Source of the DNA: a bacterium
GTDB lineage: Bacteria; UBA8248
Assembly: GCA_963692865.2 (NCBI GenBank)
Contig: OY843592.1
Span: forward strand, 3,200,001-3,264,000
Direction of reading: 5' to 3'
DNA: 64,000 bases
The notes beneath the pieces were generated by a model, which was given only the letters and a program-made list of their open reading frames with translations, was not told the origin of the DNA and ran no database searches. Position 1 is the stretch's first letter, and every line of letters starts with the position of its first letter. The position numbers and the translations under genes were made by a program. This document shows, one piece after another, positions 41,655 through 51,655 of this stretch.

Positions 41655-41903
41655 ATTACATGTCTAACTGTTTGTTTCTGAAAAACAAGCGGTTCGGCAT
41701 GTCATGCATCTTCCTGAATTTGACATATACCATATCTCACCAGACTTCCCGGTATGAAAAATGCTGATATTTCCGGCACTTATGAGCGGCAAGCATCTCA
41801 CGGCATACAGCACCTGTCCAAGTCACTGAAATTACGTTTGATATCTGCATTCTTCGCTGTATCTCTTTCGTCCATCCGAAAGTGCTTGTTATCTGAAAAC
41901 ACA
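41655..41903 (-). promoter_or_regulatory. CRISPR leader
   Basis: AT-rich non-coding stretch between cas2 and the first repeat; IHF-like TAACTGTTTGTTT at 41665. Confidence 0.8.
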
Positions 41904-42188
41904 CTAAACGATATCGAAGCGCGGCGGCGGCTCCGCCCATGATCGCCTTTCAGTACGTTCTACGATCTGACAACGCGGGGAGAGCCGGATCACGAGCAGA
42001 TCGTCTTCCTCTTCCATCGCTTTCTCCAGTTCATGTCGCGCCTGTTCCATCTGCGCCTGCGTCAAGTGGCATCTGAACAGGGAATACTGCAACCGCTCCC
42101 CGTAGCCGGTCACGACTTTGTACACCTGCCGCCACCGCTTTGGGTCGCGGATATCATAACTGAAAAGATACCAGTGCCTCTCGCTCAT
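41904..42188 (-). CDS. cas2: CRISPR-associated Cas2
   Basis: YLFSYDIRDPKRW, GERLQYSLFRC; ATGA overlap with cas1. Confidence 0.95.
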   Translation of the reverse strand: MSERHWYLFSYDIRDPKRWRQVYKVVTGYGERLQYSLFRCHLTQAQMEQARHELEKAMEEEDDLLVIRLSPRCQIVERTERRSWAEPPPRFDIV

Positions 42189-43846
42189 CCGCGCAGGCGC
42201 ATACGGGCGAACAGCCCTTCCTCGCCGCTCCATTCTTTTTCCAGCAACCGCGCTTCCAGTTCTATGGCCCGCGCATAGCTCAAGGAATATTCCAGCACCG
42301 GATGTTTCCAGGTTTCTTGTTTGCGCTGTTCGAAGAGGCCTACGGCCAAGCGCTTTCCTTCATCGGAAAGCCATACCTGTTTTTTGCTCACCGCGAGATG
42401 TTCCTCGCTCCATTGCCGCCGGTTGACGGACGCGACCAAGGGCATGTCCCACAAGGTAGTGCGAAACAACTCCATCAAATCCAGCGCCAGCGGGTGGGCG
42501 GCGGTGCGCGGCGCGTGGAAAAACCCGACCGTAGAGTCCAGCCCCACAGCAATGATCGCGGCCATTACTTCCCGGTAGAGCAAGCCATAGCCGAAAGAAA
42601 GGGCGGCGTTGAAACCGTCGCGTGGCGGACGACGGCTACGCCCGGAAAACGCCATGGATTTCTCATCCGGGTCCAGCAGCAAGGCGAGCGCTGAGAAATA
42701 ATTACGGGCCGCAATGCCCTCGCAGCCGCGCAAGACGTCTGTGTCCGCGCAACACCGCGCCTCCCGGAGTTGATTGCGCATGGCTTTCAAAAACTTCTCC
42801 ACCTTATCGCGCGCGTTGCGGGTGCGCGACTGGCGGGTGATAAAGCGCAACTGGTTTTCGATCTTGGCCTCCGACAGGCGCTGCGAGAGGCGTAGTCGCA
42901 AATCGGCGTCCTGCAATGCCTGGTATTGCCGTAAACGGCGCTGTACGCCCGCGGGCGGTGCCACGCCTCCGACGTACCAGCCGCCTCCGCTCATCCAGTG
43001 TACGGCAATGTCGTTGGCGACGGCGAATTGAATGGCCTGAGATGTGATTTGCGCGCTACCGTGAAGAACGACAGCACCGACATCCATGCCGGGAAATTTC
43101 TTCTCCTCCCCTTTGGAATTGCGCACGACGAGTTGCAGGCCGGAGCGCTTTACCTGGGCATCGCGGTTCACGACGTGCAAAACGCGGCGCGCATCGTCCT
43201 TCGGAAAGAGGCGGCGCGGTTTCGAGGCGGTGGCCGTATCGTCAGCCATGTCAATCGCGGCGGCGAGGCGCGATTCCTCGGGCAGGCACACGGGCGAGAG
43301 CGAGCACTTGGCGCACAGGTTTTCGTTGTCCGTCACCGGCGGACGCTCCAGGAAAAGCGACAATTCCCGCGCGCGGGCAACGGCGCGCCGCAATCGATCG
43401 AGGGCCGCGTCGTCTACGGTCACGCGCACCGTCTTGTTGTTGGCGTGATAGCGAACACGCCCTTCGGGAATCGGCCTGCCGAAGTGCTCGGAAAGGAGCG
43501 CGGCGTATGCGGAGACTTGGAGCTTGTCGCTATCCCAGGCGTCTTCTCCCTTGGAGCGGCCCTTCTTGTGCTCGATGGCAACGAGTCGCCCGTCGCGGTA
43601 ACGGGCGAAATCCACCTTTCCGCGAATACCCCATTCTTCGCTGGAAAGCTCCAGACTTTGCCACTCGCGATTTTTGTCTACTTCGGAGTTGTGCAAGGTG
43701 CGTCCAGCGTGGACGCGGTGGTCGGGCGTACTGATGTTTTCCACATGTTGCAGATAGTACAGTCGTTCACAATATGTCAGCGCGTGAAGGGCTGAGACAC
43801 GGATAACGTATGGATTTTCACTGAAGTCTGAATGGTTATCTGTCAT
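42185..43846 (-). CDS. cas1: Cas4-Cas1 fusion
   Basis: Cas4 motifs YCER, GKVD, EHKKG, QVSAYA, CAKCSLSPVC; Cas1 motifs RGCEGIAARNYF, NAALSFGY, GFFH, LALDLMELFR. Confidence 0.95.
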   Translation of the reverse strand: MTDNHSDFSENPYVIRVSALHALTYCERLYYLQHVENISTPDHRVHAGRTLHNSEVDKNREWQSLELSSEEWGIRGKVDFARYRDGRLVAIEHKKGRSKGEDAWDSDKLQVSAYAALLSEHFGRPIPEGRVRYHANNKTVRVTVDDAALDRLRRAVARARELSLFLERPPVTDNENLCAKCSLSPVCLPEESRLAAAIDMADDTATASKPRRLFPKDDARRVLHVVNRDAQVKRSGLQLVVRNSKGEEKKFPGMDVGAVVLHGSAQITSQAIQFAVANDIAVHWMSGGGWYVGGVAPPAGVQRRLRQYQALQDADLRLRLSQRLSEAKIENQLRFITRQSRTRNARDKVEKFLKAMRNQLREARCCADTDVLRGCEGIAARNYFSALALLLDPDEKSMAFSGRSRRPPRDGFNAALSFGYGLLYREVMAAIIAVGLDSTVGFFHAPRTAAHPLALDLMELFRTTLWDMPLVASVNRRQWSEEHLAVSKKQVWLSDEGKRLAVGLFEQRKQETWKHPVLEYSLSYARAIELEARLLEKEWSGEEGLFARMRLRG

Positions 43847-43850
43847 AACT

Positions 43851-44609
43851 TCAAGAACGGGAGTAATTGATGGAAACCCAAGCGTTTTCTGGGACCACAT
43901 CTGTCATTTCAAGAACTGGACCGAAGAGCTTTGCGTATGTACGAGAAGAATTGGACCGGTCAATGGTTATAGTCAAACGGCCGACACTTGTGTGCGGTTT
44001 TTTGCTCTCGCCTGAGACGACTGGCACGAACCAATAGCACGGCGGCGGACCTTTCAACACCTCAATGCGATCCGGCAGAAAGTTGCTATCGCCGAGAAAC
44101 GGCAAACCGTACTCTCGCCGTGATTCACCTAGCAATCCGGCATGCGCCTGTTCGCCAATGTCATCTGGATTGCGACAATTGCGAAAACATGCAACTGCCC
44201 GAAGACCCGAAAGAAAAGACCGTTGGACGGGGGTGATATTATATTTGCTCCCCATCGTATGGGGCTTATGTTTACTTCCCTGCTGCCCAACAGGATAATT
44301 ATGTAACTGCTGATAAAGTTGCTGAGTGACAGGAAATATCGACGACTCACTTTTCGCAGGCGAACAACCCCATTTCCATGGCTTGTCGATGACAGGAGCA
44401 CCCAAAGCAATATCCATCTTTGGCAAACAACTTTTCTTAATTAACGTCATCGCCGATTTGCCGTCGTCCTCGCGCATTTCTATGCCAGCTAAATTCAGCA
44501 ACAGTCCGTAAGCTGCCGACGGCGTAATGAAAGGGGAGGTTGGTCGAAAACTGCCAGTGATGAATGGGCGGAAAGCCGCAAAACGCGATTCAATCAACAA
44601 GCAAAACAT
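43851..44609 (-). CDS. cas5: Cas5 (DevS-like)
   Basis: FAAFRP..FITPSAAYGLLLNLAG, QQLHNYPVG, KYNITPV, YGLPFLGD. Confidence 0.9.
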   Translation of the reverse strand: MFCLLIESRFAAFRPFITGSFRPTSPFITPSAAYGLLLNLAGIEMREDDGKSAMTLIKKSCLPKMDIALGAPVIDKPWKWGCSPAKSESSIFPVTQQLYQQLHNYPVGQQGSKHKPHTMGSKYNITPVQRSFLSGLRAVACFRNCRNPDDIGEQAHAGLLGESRREYGLPFLGDSNFLPDRIEVLKGPPPCYWFVPVVSGESKKPHTSVGRLTITIDRSNSSRTYAKLFGPVLEMTDVVPENAWVSINYSRS

Positions 44610-44611
44610 GC

Positions 44612-45577
44612 TTATTCCTCTTTCTTGAACATATTGTCGGCAATTGTTTTCAACAACCGTTGCGGGCTGCGATCCATGTTAATCCCGGTCTCTGCCAGAG
44701 CGTCCCTCTTGTCCTGAGGCAAGTCCTTGACCAATTTTCCGCCCAGAAAGAATTCGCTTCCGGGAAAGTCGGGCGGGTCCTGCGTGAGCCCATCCACGAG
44801 CTCTGGCAAACAGTGGACGCCTTTACCTATGCCACCCGCCCCGGTGTCATGAATTTCGAAGCCATAAGTATCGTAGCCTGCGACTAACTGTTTTGTAAGG
44901 CGCACGACGATAGACGCGGGCGCCATCTCGAAATAACTTCTCGCGTGGTTGCCGGCAACACCGTTCAATTCACCAATCGCCTGCAACAAGGACTTCGTCC
45001 ACTCTTTCTGTTTATCAGTTTTACAATCCTCTAAATTGATGGCGAATGGATACTGGAATGCCGTCACCGCTGTTTCCCGGTGTAGCAGTTGGCTATGCTC
45101 TGCATTTTTCCAAGGGCTGTCCACCTGTTGCGGCGACTGCGTGAATACGGTCGAATGTCGAAACGGTTCCAGGGCCACGGCGAGATTCATTCGCAGGACG
45201 GAATCTCTTTTGAAAGTGAATTTCTCTGGGTCACGTCCTTTTTTCTTTAGTTCATCACGTGTTTTTTTGCGGTCAGCGCTCCCTTGCGCGACGAGCCATC
45301 CCATCAGAAAGTCGTCAGCGTACTTTTCCGCGTCGGGAAAGTCGGAAAACTTTACAGCCAGTTGCTCCTCGTCAGCGAGGCGCTCCCGGTTGCACTGCAC
45401 GTTGGGATAGCCGCGCAGAATTTCACGGATAGCGTTCCGCATCGCTTCCGGGCTGATAACCGGATATTCAAAACGTCCTATCGTGATTTTCTGCATTGCG
45501 GCAACATTTTCAAGCGATTCGCCGCGGTAATTGGCGCTGGGAGCGATATGAGTCAGTACGGTCGCAAACAGATTCAT
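44612..45577 (-). CDS. cas7: Cas7 (DevR-like)
   Basis: PSANYRGES, SPEAMRNAIRE, TAFQYPF, VAGNHARSYFEMAP. Confidence 0.9.
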   Translation of the reverse strand: MNLFATVLTHIAPSANYRGESLENVAAMQKITIGRFEYPVISPEAMRNAIREILRGYPNVQCNRERLADEEQLAVKFSDFPDAEKYADDFLMGWLVAQGSADRKKTRDELKKKGRDPEKFTFKRDSVLRMNLAVALEPFRHSTVFTQSPQQVDSPWKNAEHSQLLHRETAVTAFQYPFAINLEDCKTDKQKEWTKSLLQAIGELNGVAGNHARSYFEMAPASIVVRLTKQLVAGYDTYGFEIHDTGAGGIGKGVHCLPELVDGLTQDPPDFPGSEFFLGGKLVKDLPQDKRDALAETGINMDRSPQRLLKTIADNMFKKEE

Positions 45578-45584
45578 TTTTGCC

Positions 45585-47327
45585 TCACTCTGGTTGGGGA
45601 GCGTTGTTCGATTCTTCCGTCTGGAAGCGTTGCCGCCAAGCGTGAGCACACAGAGCCAGCATCGCAAGGTTCTTCATCTCCGTCCGCTTGCTCTCGGATT
45701 CGTGAAGCGCATTAGAAAGGGCGATAAATCCTTGTTCAGGCGAAACACCTTTTGCTCCCAAGAACTGCGGCACGGCGCAGATGGACCCGACGAAATAATC
45801 GACGAACTCATCGGAATTCCGGCCTCGGATAGCGAGAAAAGCATCGGTTGCCACTTTTTCCCGCGCCTCAAGATAGCGATTCGTCTTTTCGTCGGGTTTG
45901 CTCCAATCCGTATTGCCGTCTTTTTGTGGCAGATCGTTTCGTTTGACGCCACTTCTCTTCTCGGCTCGCTGGGCGACGAATTCACCGACGATCTCGTATA
46001 TTTTACTCGCAATGTTGATTTGGTCGCTCATGTCGTTCCCCTCGTTTCTGAACTGTTCACTTGCAGACAGCCCGAAATTTTGTGCGAACCCCGGCGATTT
46101 ACCTGATTTGATGAATAGCTCGACCGGAAACCGGTTGAAAAGCGTATCCGCCGCTCGGGCGTACCACGGCAAACCGGCAAGTAGATTACGCAAGAGCAAC
46201 TGTTTGAAGTGGGCGTTTAATCGCGAACGGCTACGAATCCGGTCGAATTCTCTAAGTGCGCCAGCGGAGAGGCGAACGGATTCAGTGGTCAGCATTCGTA
46301 TGCTGTTACCTCTTTTAATTAGATGATATAATTCCACTTGTGAAACAACATCAAAAAATTCACCCTCTCCCATGTTTTCCAACCTGTCAATCGCAAGTGA
46401 ATGCAGAAAGATCATGCCGCCTTCAACAACTGCGTCGACCCGTGACTGCTGAGGGTATCGAGAACTGTTGTCGTCTGTGTGCTGTAACCGACGCCAGTGC
46501 ACATCAATGACGGATTCAAACTCGGTCAGATTGTTTACTTCCGGCACTGCCATAACAAAACCGTGAAATCTTCGCTTCCACTGTCCTTTTTCACGCTCGG
46601 AGACATTAGGAACGAAAACTGGTGACACAAACGGCCAGAAATGTAGGAGAAGATTCTGTGGTACCTCGCCCTTGAAATCCACTCGCTCGGCGTTCTTGCT
46701 TTCTGCGCCTATGAACATGGAAGTCGGCATGGGCCCGACTGCTCCACGACGTTTTGTAGCGGCAGTGACAAGCCCGCTCCACACTTTTTGGAGATCGCCG
46801 GATTTTTCCGTCGGGCTTTCTTGTTTTGGGGTAAATTCATATATCTTCTCTGTGTTGCCGCCCGCGCGTAGGACTCCACGCACGGCGTCGCGCCACAAGA
46901 CGACCCAAGAGTTTTCGCTATCGCCTCCCATCCAGTGAGCGATGAGTTCTGCTTTTGGGCGGACGGCTTCATACAGGAAAACCTTGATTTGTTTCTGCTG
47001 GTTGTTCTCCTCCACAGTTTTAGTCTTCTCCTTCGCTGGCATTCGCTGACGCCACTTCGTCCGGGATTCAACCAGATGTTTTTCTCCCGCGTAGACACTA
47101 TCCATGAGAGTTGTCAGAGATGCCTGGGTAAAGCGGACACTCAATCGCAAAGGGGATTTGGATTCGATAACCGGAAACGGCGCATTCTGAATAAAGCGGG
47201 GCATGAATTTCACATAGACGAAAAGCCCTGCCAGCCCCGCCTTGTGCTGAGCAGTCGGCAAGTCCGGAAGCGACCACGTCACCAGGACGCTATCGTCGTT
47301 TTCTCGGTATTCCAGAGTTTCATTCAT
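45585..47327 (-). CDS. cas8: Cas8 large subunit (Cmx8-like)
   Basis: LPTAQHKAGLAGL, NAERVDF, LLLHFWP, FVDYFVGSICAVPQ; position between cas3 and cas7. Confidence 0.85.
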   Translation of the reverse strand: MNETLEYRENDDSVLVTWSLPDLPTAQHKAGLAGLFVYVKFMPRFIQNAPFPVIESKSPLRLSVRFTQASLTTLMDSVYAGEKHLVESRTKWRQRMPAKEKTKTVEENNQQKQIKVFLYEAVRPKAELIAHWMGGDSENSWVVLWRDAVRGVLRAGGNTEKIYEFTPKQESPTEKSGDLQKVWSGLVTAATKRRGAVGPMPTSMFIGAESKNAERVDFKGEVPQNLLLHFWPFVSPVFVPNVSEREKGQWKRRFHGFVMAVPEVNNLTEFESVIDVHWRRLQHTDDNSSRYPQQSRVDAVVEGGMIFLHSLAIDRLENMGEGEFFDVVSQVELYHLIKRGNSIRMLTTESVRLSAGALREFDRIRSRSRLNAHFKQLLLRNLLAGLPWYARAADTLFNRFPVELFIKSGKSPGFAQNFGLSASEQFRNEGNDMSDQINIASKIYEIVGEFVAQRAEKRSGVKRNDLPQKDGNTDWSKPDEKTNRYLEAREKVATDAFLAIRGRNSDEFVDYFVGSICAVPQFLGAKGVSPEQGFIALSNALHESESKRTEMKNLAMLALCAHAWRQRFQTEESNNAPQPE

Positions 47328-47332
47328 GTCAC

Positions 47333-49771
47333 TTATATAATTTCCACTTCCCGTCCTACAGGCTTGTCTAGCAGACCCCAGCAGGGAGAATAATGCGCCG
47401 ACTCTGCGAGGCGCACATAGTGGGGCAGGTGAAAAGCCCGCGCAACGTCCTTGTCAGCCGGTTGTGACAGAAACTTCGGACAAGACAAGATCAATCCGTC
47501 GACAGGTTCGCATGCCTCACGCAATGCTTTGTAGTCAGATAAGTCTCCTTTCAAAACTGCGGACACGTTCCAGCCGTCTTCGTCCATGAAGGAACCGCCG
47601 CCCTCCGACCAGAAGTAATTCTCAATGAACGCCTCCCACCCGGCCCCATCTAACGGAATGTGGAGAGAAAATTCTTCTAACAGGCACTCTAGGTGAGCTT
47701 GGGATGCTTCATTCATATCAGTCAGCTTCTCAACGAATTCCCACGCGATTTTCAATTCGTTCTCGCAATAAGGTTTTGCGCCAGTCGGCTTGTAGATAAC
47801 GACCTGCCCTTTATGACTACCACTTCTCTCATCTTGAGCACGTCGGTTGCACCGTCCCATTCGCTGGATTATCGACTGTATAGGAGCCAACTCGCTAATC
47901 AAAACGTCTGCATCCAAATCCAGAGACATTTCGCACACCTGCGTAGTGATCGCTAGGGCAGGTACAGACAATGCACTTTTACTTCGTTTGAACGCCGCAA
48001 CTACTCTTTTGTGCTGTACCGCACGATCCTTGTATCTGAAGCGACTATGATAACAGAGCGCCTCTGGAAATTCCCCGGAGAATCTTTGAGCGAGGTCTTG
48101 ACATCTCCCAACCTGATTGACCACCCATAATACGCGCTTGCCATTTTCGAGAGATTCTGCGGCGACGCGATACGCCTCATCCTCGACTACCATAATGGTA
48201 GTTTCATCAGATGATTCCGAGGCAACTTGCGGCGTAATGAGCTCTGTATGGTAGCGTAGTATTTCCGCTGATTGCGTGAACGCGGCGAATTTTTGTTCCT
48301 CTTGGGGGTAAATTTTCAAGCCCACTTCTTGCAATTCTTTACGGCGGTGGCACGTCAAACTCGCCGTCATACACAGGACAGGAAGCTCGAACTCATGCAA
48401 AAAGCTGACGAGAGCAGAGAACATTTTGGAATCGAAACTATGGACTTCGTCCACCACTACAACGCTATCCGCAAGCAATGGCAAGAGACAAATGCTACCG
48501 TAGTCCTGCTGCATAAAAGCGAGAAACTGATGCACGGTCGCGCTGAAAACACGCTTGTTCCAGTAACCGAGTTTGGCCATGCGGTCGTCCACTTCATAAT
48601 TTTTGAGTGAATCGTTCGGGTTGTAGCGAATGCCGTGCAACTCATGACGCAAGTCGTATTTCGCGGTACCGTGCAGCAAGGATGCATCTGATTCCGGCGC
48701 GTGTGACACATAGTCCCGGAAGCCCTCAACCGCTGTACCGCGAGTAGGATATAGAAACAAGACTCGCGACGCTTTCGCGTGTTTCAAAACCCCCTTAATC
48801 CACATCCAAGCCGCCAACGTTTTCCCTATTCCGCAAGGTGCTAGCATCAATACTCGACTCGTTTGTACTCCCAAGTCCTCTGCCGCCTGCTGGAATTCAT
48901 CGGGAACCGTTGCATCCGTTTTGCTTTGCTTAATTTCTTTGATGCGCGGGGTGATAACTTTTGATTCTATTTCTACAGGAGTGAGAATTTTCTCGTCTTT
49001 ATCATCTCTCGGGAATCGCTCGGTGACCCAGTCAGCGATTTTTCCATCTTTACGCGTCAGGGTCGCAGAACCAACCGAATCGGAGACGATCAGGGCTGTT
49101 TTGACGGCTCTCGTCATCTGCCACAAATCGGCTGAATCTTCGCGCTTTTTCATATTTTTCGCGCGGTTTAGCAGAGACTTTGCGCAAGCGTAGACCTGCT
49201 CCTCGTCGCATTGCCAAACACCCGTTACACCGTACGGTAACGAGTCGGACAATCCTGCTTTACGAACAGCGAGTTTCAGGACCGCAGAGTAATCGGCGTG
49301 GTCGGCGAGAATTCGCATGGCTTGGCCTTCAATGACAGGATTGTGAAGTCCTCGATAAGAGCCGTTTGCAGGATGCCCCCATGCGGCTTTGAGGTGGTGC
49401 CCCAGCACAGCGGAGACGATGACATCAGTATCAGCATCGCCGCTTTTCAACCATTGAGACAAATCTTCGTTGTTTAACAGAAAGGCACTCAAATGCTCGT
49501 GACGAATGAACTGTCTGCTATTGCGCTTCAATGCGTTCTGAAAAGAGTCATTTGCTTTCCCAAGGTCATGCAAAGCGCAAGCGATCACGCCATTAGTATA
49601 AAAACGCGGGAAAACTGCCTTATCTAGTTTGAAGAATCGCATCCACTGTTTGCCTAGGTAGGATGGTTCATCAACGCTTCCAAATAAGGCATCAAAAACT
49701 GCTACTACATTCTCGGAGTGTTGAAGTAGAGAGGGAGGGTTTTGTCCCGATTTAGCTAGTAAGTTCCTCAA
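47333..49771 (-). CDS. cas3: Cas3 HD nuclease-helicase
   Basis: LHDLGKA, GHH, APCGIGKT, DEVH, TAS, HSRF, QRMGRCNR. Confidence 0.95.
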   Translation of the reverse strand: MRNLLAKSGQNPPSLLQHSENVVAVFDALFGSVDEPSYLGKQWMRFFKLDKAVFPRFYTNGVIACALHDLGKANDSFQNALKRNSRQFIRHEHLSAFLLNNEDLSQWLKSGDADTDVIVSAVLGHHLKAAWGHPANGSYRGLHNPVIEGQAMRILADHADYSAVLKLAVRKAGLSDSLPYGVTGVWQCDEEQVYACAKSLLNRAKNMKKREDSADLWQMTRAVKTALIVSDSVGSATLTRKDGKIADWVTERFPRDDKDEKILTPVEIESKVITPRIKEIKQSKTDATVPDEFQQAAEDLGVQTSRVLMLAPCGIGKTLAAWMWIKGVLKHAKASRVLFLYPTRGTAVEGFRDYVSHAPESDASLLHGTAKYDLRHELHGIRYNPNDSLKNYEVDDRMAKLGYWNKRVFSATVHQFLAFMQQDYGSICLLPLLADSVVVVDEVHSFDSKMFSALVSFLHEFELPVLCMTASLTCHRRKELQEVGLKIYPQEEQKFAAFTQSAEILRYHTELITPQVASESSDETTIMVVEDEAYRVAAESLENGKRVLWVVNQVGRCQDLAQRFSGEFPEALCYHSRFRYKDRAVQHKRVVAAFKRSKSALSVPALAITTQVCEMSLDLDADVLISELAPIQSIIQRMGRCNRRAQDERSGSHKGQVVIYKPTGAKPYCENELKIAWEFVEKLTDMNEASQAHLECLLEEFSLHIPLDGAGWEAFIENYFWSEGGGSFMDEDGWNVSAVLKGDLSDYKALREACEPVDGLILSCPKFLSQPADKDVARAFHLPHYVRLAESAHYSPCWGLLDKPVGREVEII

Positions 49772-49787
49772 GTTCTAATCCCGCTTT

Positions 49788-50411
49788 TTAAGTTCGGAAT
49801 GGCACAAAAACTCCGCAGCCCATCCTTCGCCGTCCGCCAAGGCCGCGTTCCTGCAATAAGATGGATTCCTCAGCAGTCAGTTCCGTCGCCAATACTGTGT
49901 AGCCGACGACCCGCTTGTTCTTTACACGGACGATGCGGCGGCTTGTATCTCGGCCATCATTTCGCCCGGAAAGATTCGGGACACGAAACAACTTGCCACG
50001 AATCCCGAGGGCGGCCGATTGACGAGCGATTTCAGCGTCAAAGCGGGTAGGGTCGTCACCGTTTTTGGTTGTTGCGATCCGACAGCGCAATGTCGCCGAC
50101 GGAGTCAGAGTGTGCGTCTCACCGACTCCGACGCGCAGCTTGCACCCGTCCAAATCGAGGCTTTTTCCCGCAAGTTTTAGGCAGCGCGGTAGCAGGTCAG
50201 ACGGCAAGCGCAGGCCAAGGCGGGCGTTCGAGCCGACGAGCAACTTGCCGTTGCCAGTGCGCACGCCACGAACTGTATGCAAACCGATATGCGGATTGCC
50301 GTGCATCCATTGATCCTCTCCGGTCTCGAGAATGCGGGAAAGCGCACCGTATAACGCGTAGCCGTGGTCGGCGGGTATCTCATTGCCGATGACACGAAAA
50401 AGAATGTCCAA
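49788..50411 (-). CDS. cas6: Cas6 (Cmx6-like); start codon uncertain
   Basis: PADHGYALYGALS; C-terminal G-loop GLGGRRRMGCGVF. Confidence 0.92.
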   Translation of the reverse strand: MDILFRVIGNEIPADHGYALYGALSRILETGEDQWMHGNPHIGLHTVRGVRTGNGKLLVGSNARLGLRLPSDLLPRCLKLAGKSLDLDGCKLRVGVGETHTLTPSATLRCRIATTKNGDDPTRFDAEIARQSAALGIRGKLFRVPNLSGRNDGRDTSRRIVRVKNKRVVGYTVLATELTAEESILLQERGLGGRRRMGCGVFVPFRT

Positions 50412-50749
50412 GGTGGGGTTGAAGACTCGAACCTCCTATTCATTAGTTTATGGTACAAAGACTCAGATATGAAGGCCATTATTCCAGTTGTGTGATTTAT
50501 TTTTCAAGCCTTTGTATGCACTTGATACGGGCCAATTCACAGGTTTCTATCTTACATTGTGTCCGGATATCAGCTCAGATATTGGTCTACCTTGAAATTT
50601 GTGTAGCGCTCATCTCGCCAATATTGATAGTTATACATAGCTAAATCCCGGGACTGGAGAGGTCGACTCACAGATCTTCACTCCCCGAATCCATCTAACC
50701 CCGGGGTTACTTCGCCGATTTATTCGGCAATTCCGGCGCGGCTTCGGAG

Positions 50750-51007
50750 ATATTTCTGCTGATTTCTCCGCTCTCCTCATCGTGTCCGCCTTTTCCATGT
50801 ACTTCACGATGACTTGAGTGACGAGTTTCGCCGACCGCAAAAGGTGGATTTATGCTTCCGCTCGTGGCCATTCCCTGCCTTCAATTGACTCAAGCGCTAC
50901 CCAGATCATCAACCTGCTCGGGGAAATCCCCCTTTTATGAGCCTCTTTTTTGCTCCGTTTCAGTGATTTTCATCGACGCGGATGTGCTTGTTTATCGTGT
51001 TTCCCAT
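50750..51007 (-). pseudogene. Probable ribbon-helix-helix/mobilisation accessory gene remnant
   Basis: Frame reads MGNTINKHIRVDENH*NGAKKEAHKRGISPSRLMIWVALESIEGREWPRAEA*IHLLRSAKLVTQVI, with two in-frame stops. Confidence 0.5.
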
Positions 51008-51655
51008 GCCGTTTTCCTCGTTTTGTCCTTTGAAATGTCGTTCATTTGAGATTTTTCCGGCTCCCGCCAGCGCCTTTCGAGAGCCGAAACACCAGCCGCG
51101 CTCCAGATTCCCTGGTAGAATTACACGGGCCGATCACGGCTCTGCGCATCCGTGTCTTGCGTCGTTTTTTGCGACGCACTCGAAGAGAGTTCATATTCAC
51201 GCGCATTCTCGTCAGAGACCAATTTGGCATCAGCAGGAAAACCCTGATACCAGCCGTATTACAAATAGAATACGCCATTTTTTAAGTGCAGTGATTTCAA
51301 AAGGATACGAATGCCACCAAATTGCGACGCACTTTTCTCGGCATGACGAGGACGCGCGGGAGGGTGAACGATAAAAGCGAGGCGCAACGAATCGCGGTCA
51401 TTCGCAGCCTCCGCGACACCCGCATCGGCGATGCGTCAGGTGTGAAATCCGAAGCGCCGAAGGGCGGCCAGATACTGAATCCATGGGACAAGCGACAGGG
51501 GAATCGACGCCGGTGAGAGAGGCGAGCGGGAGCCGTAGCGGCGACTGAGCGGGAAGAGTCGGGAAGAGCAATACGGGGAGGCGAGTGCTGCGGCAAACGA
51601 AGGAGAGAAAAACGGGCCGCGCCGCCTAGCGACGCGACCCGTCAGGTGCTTCACA

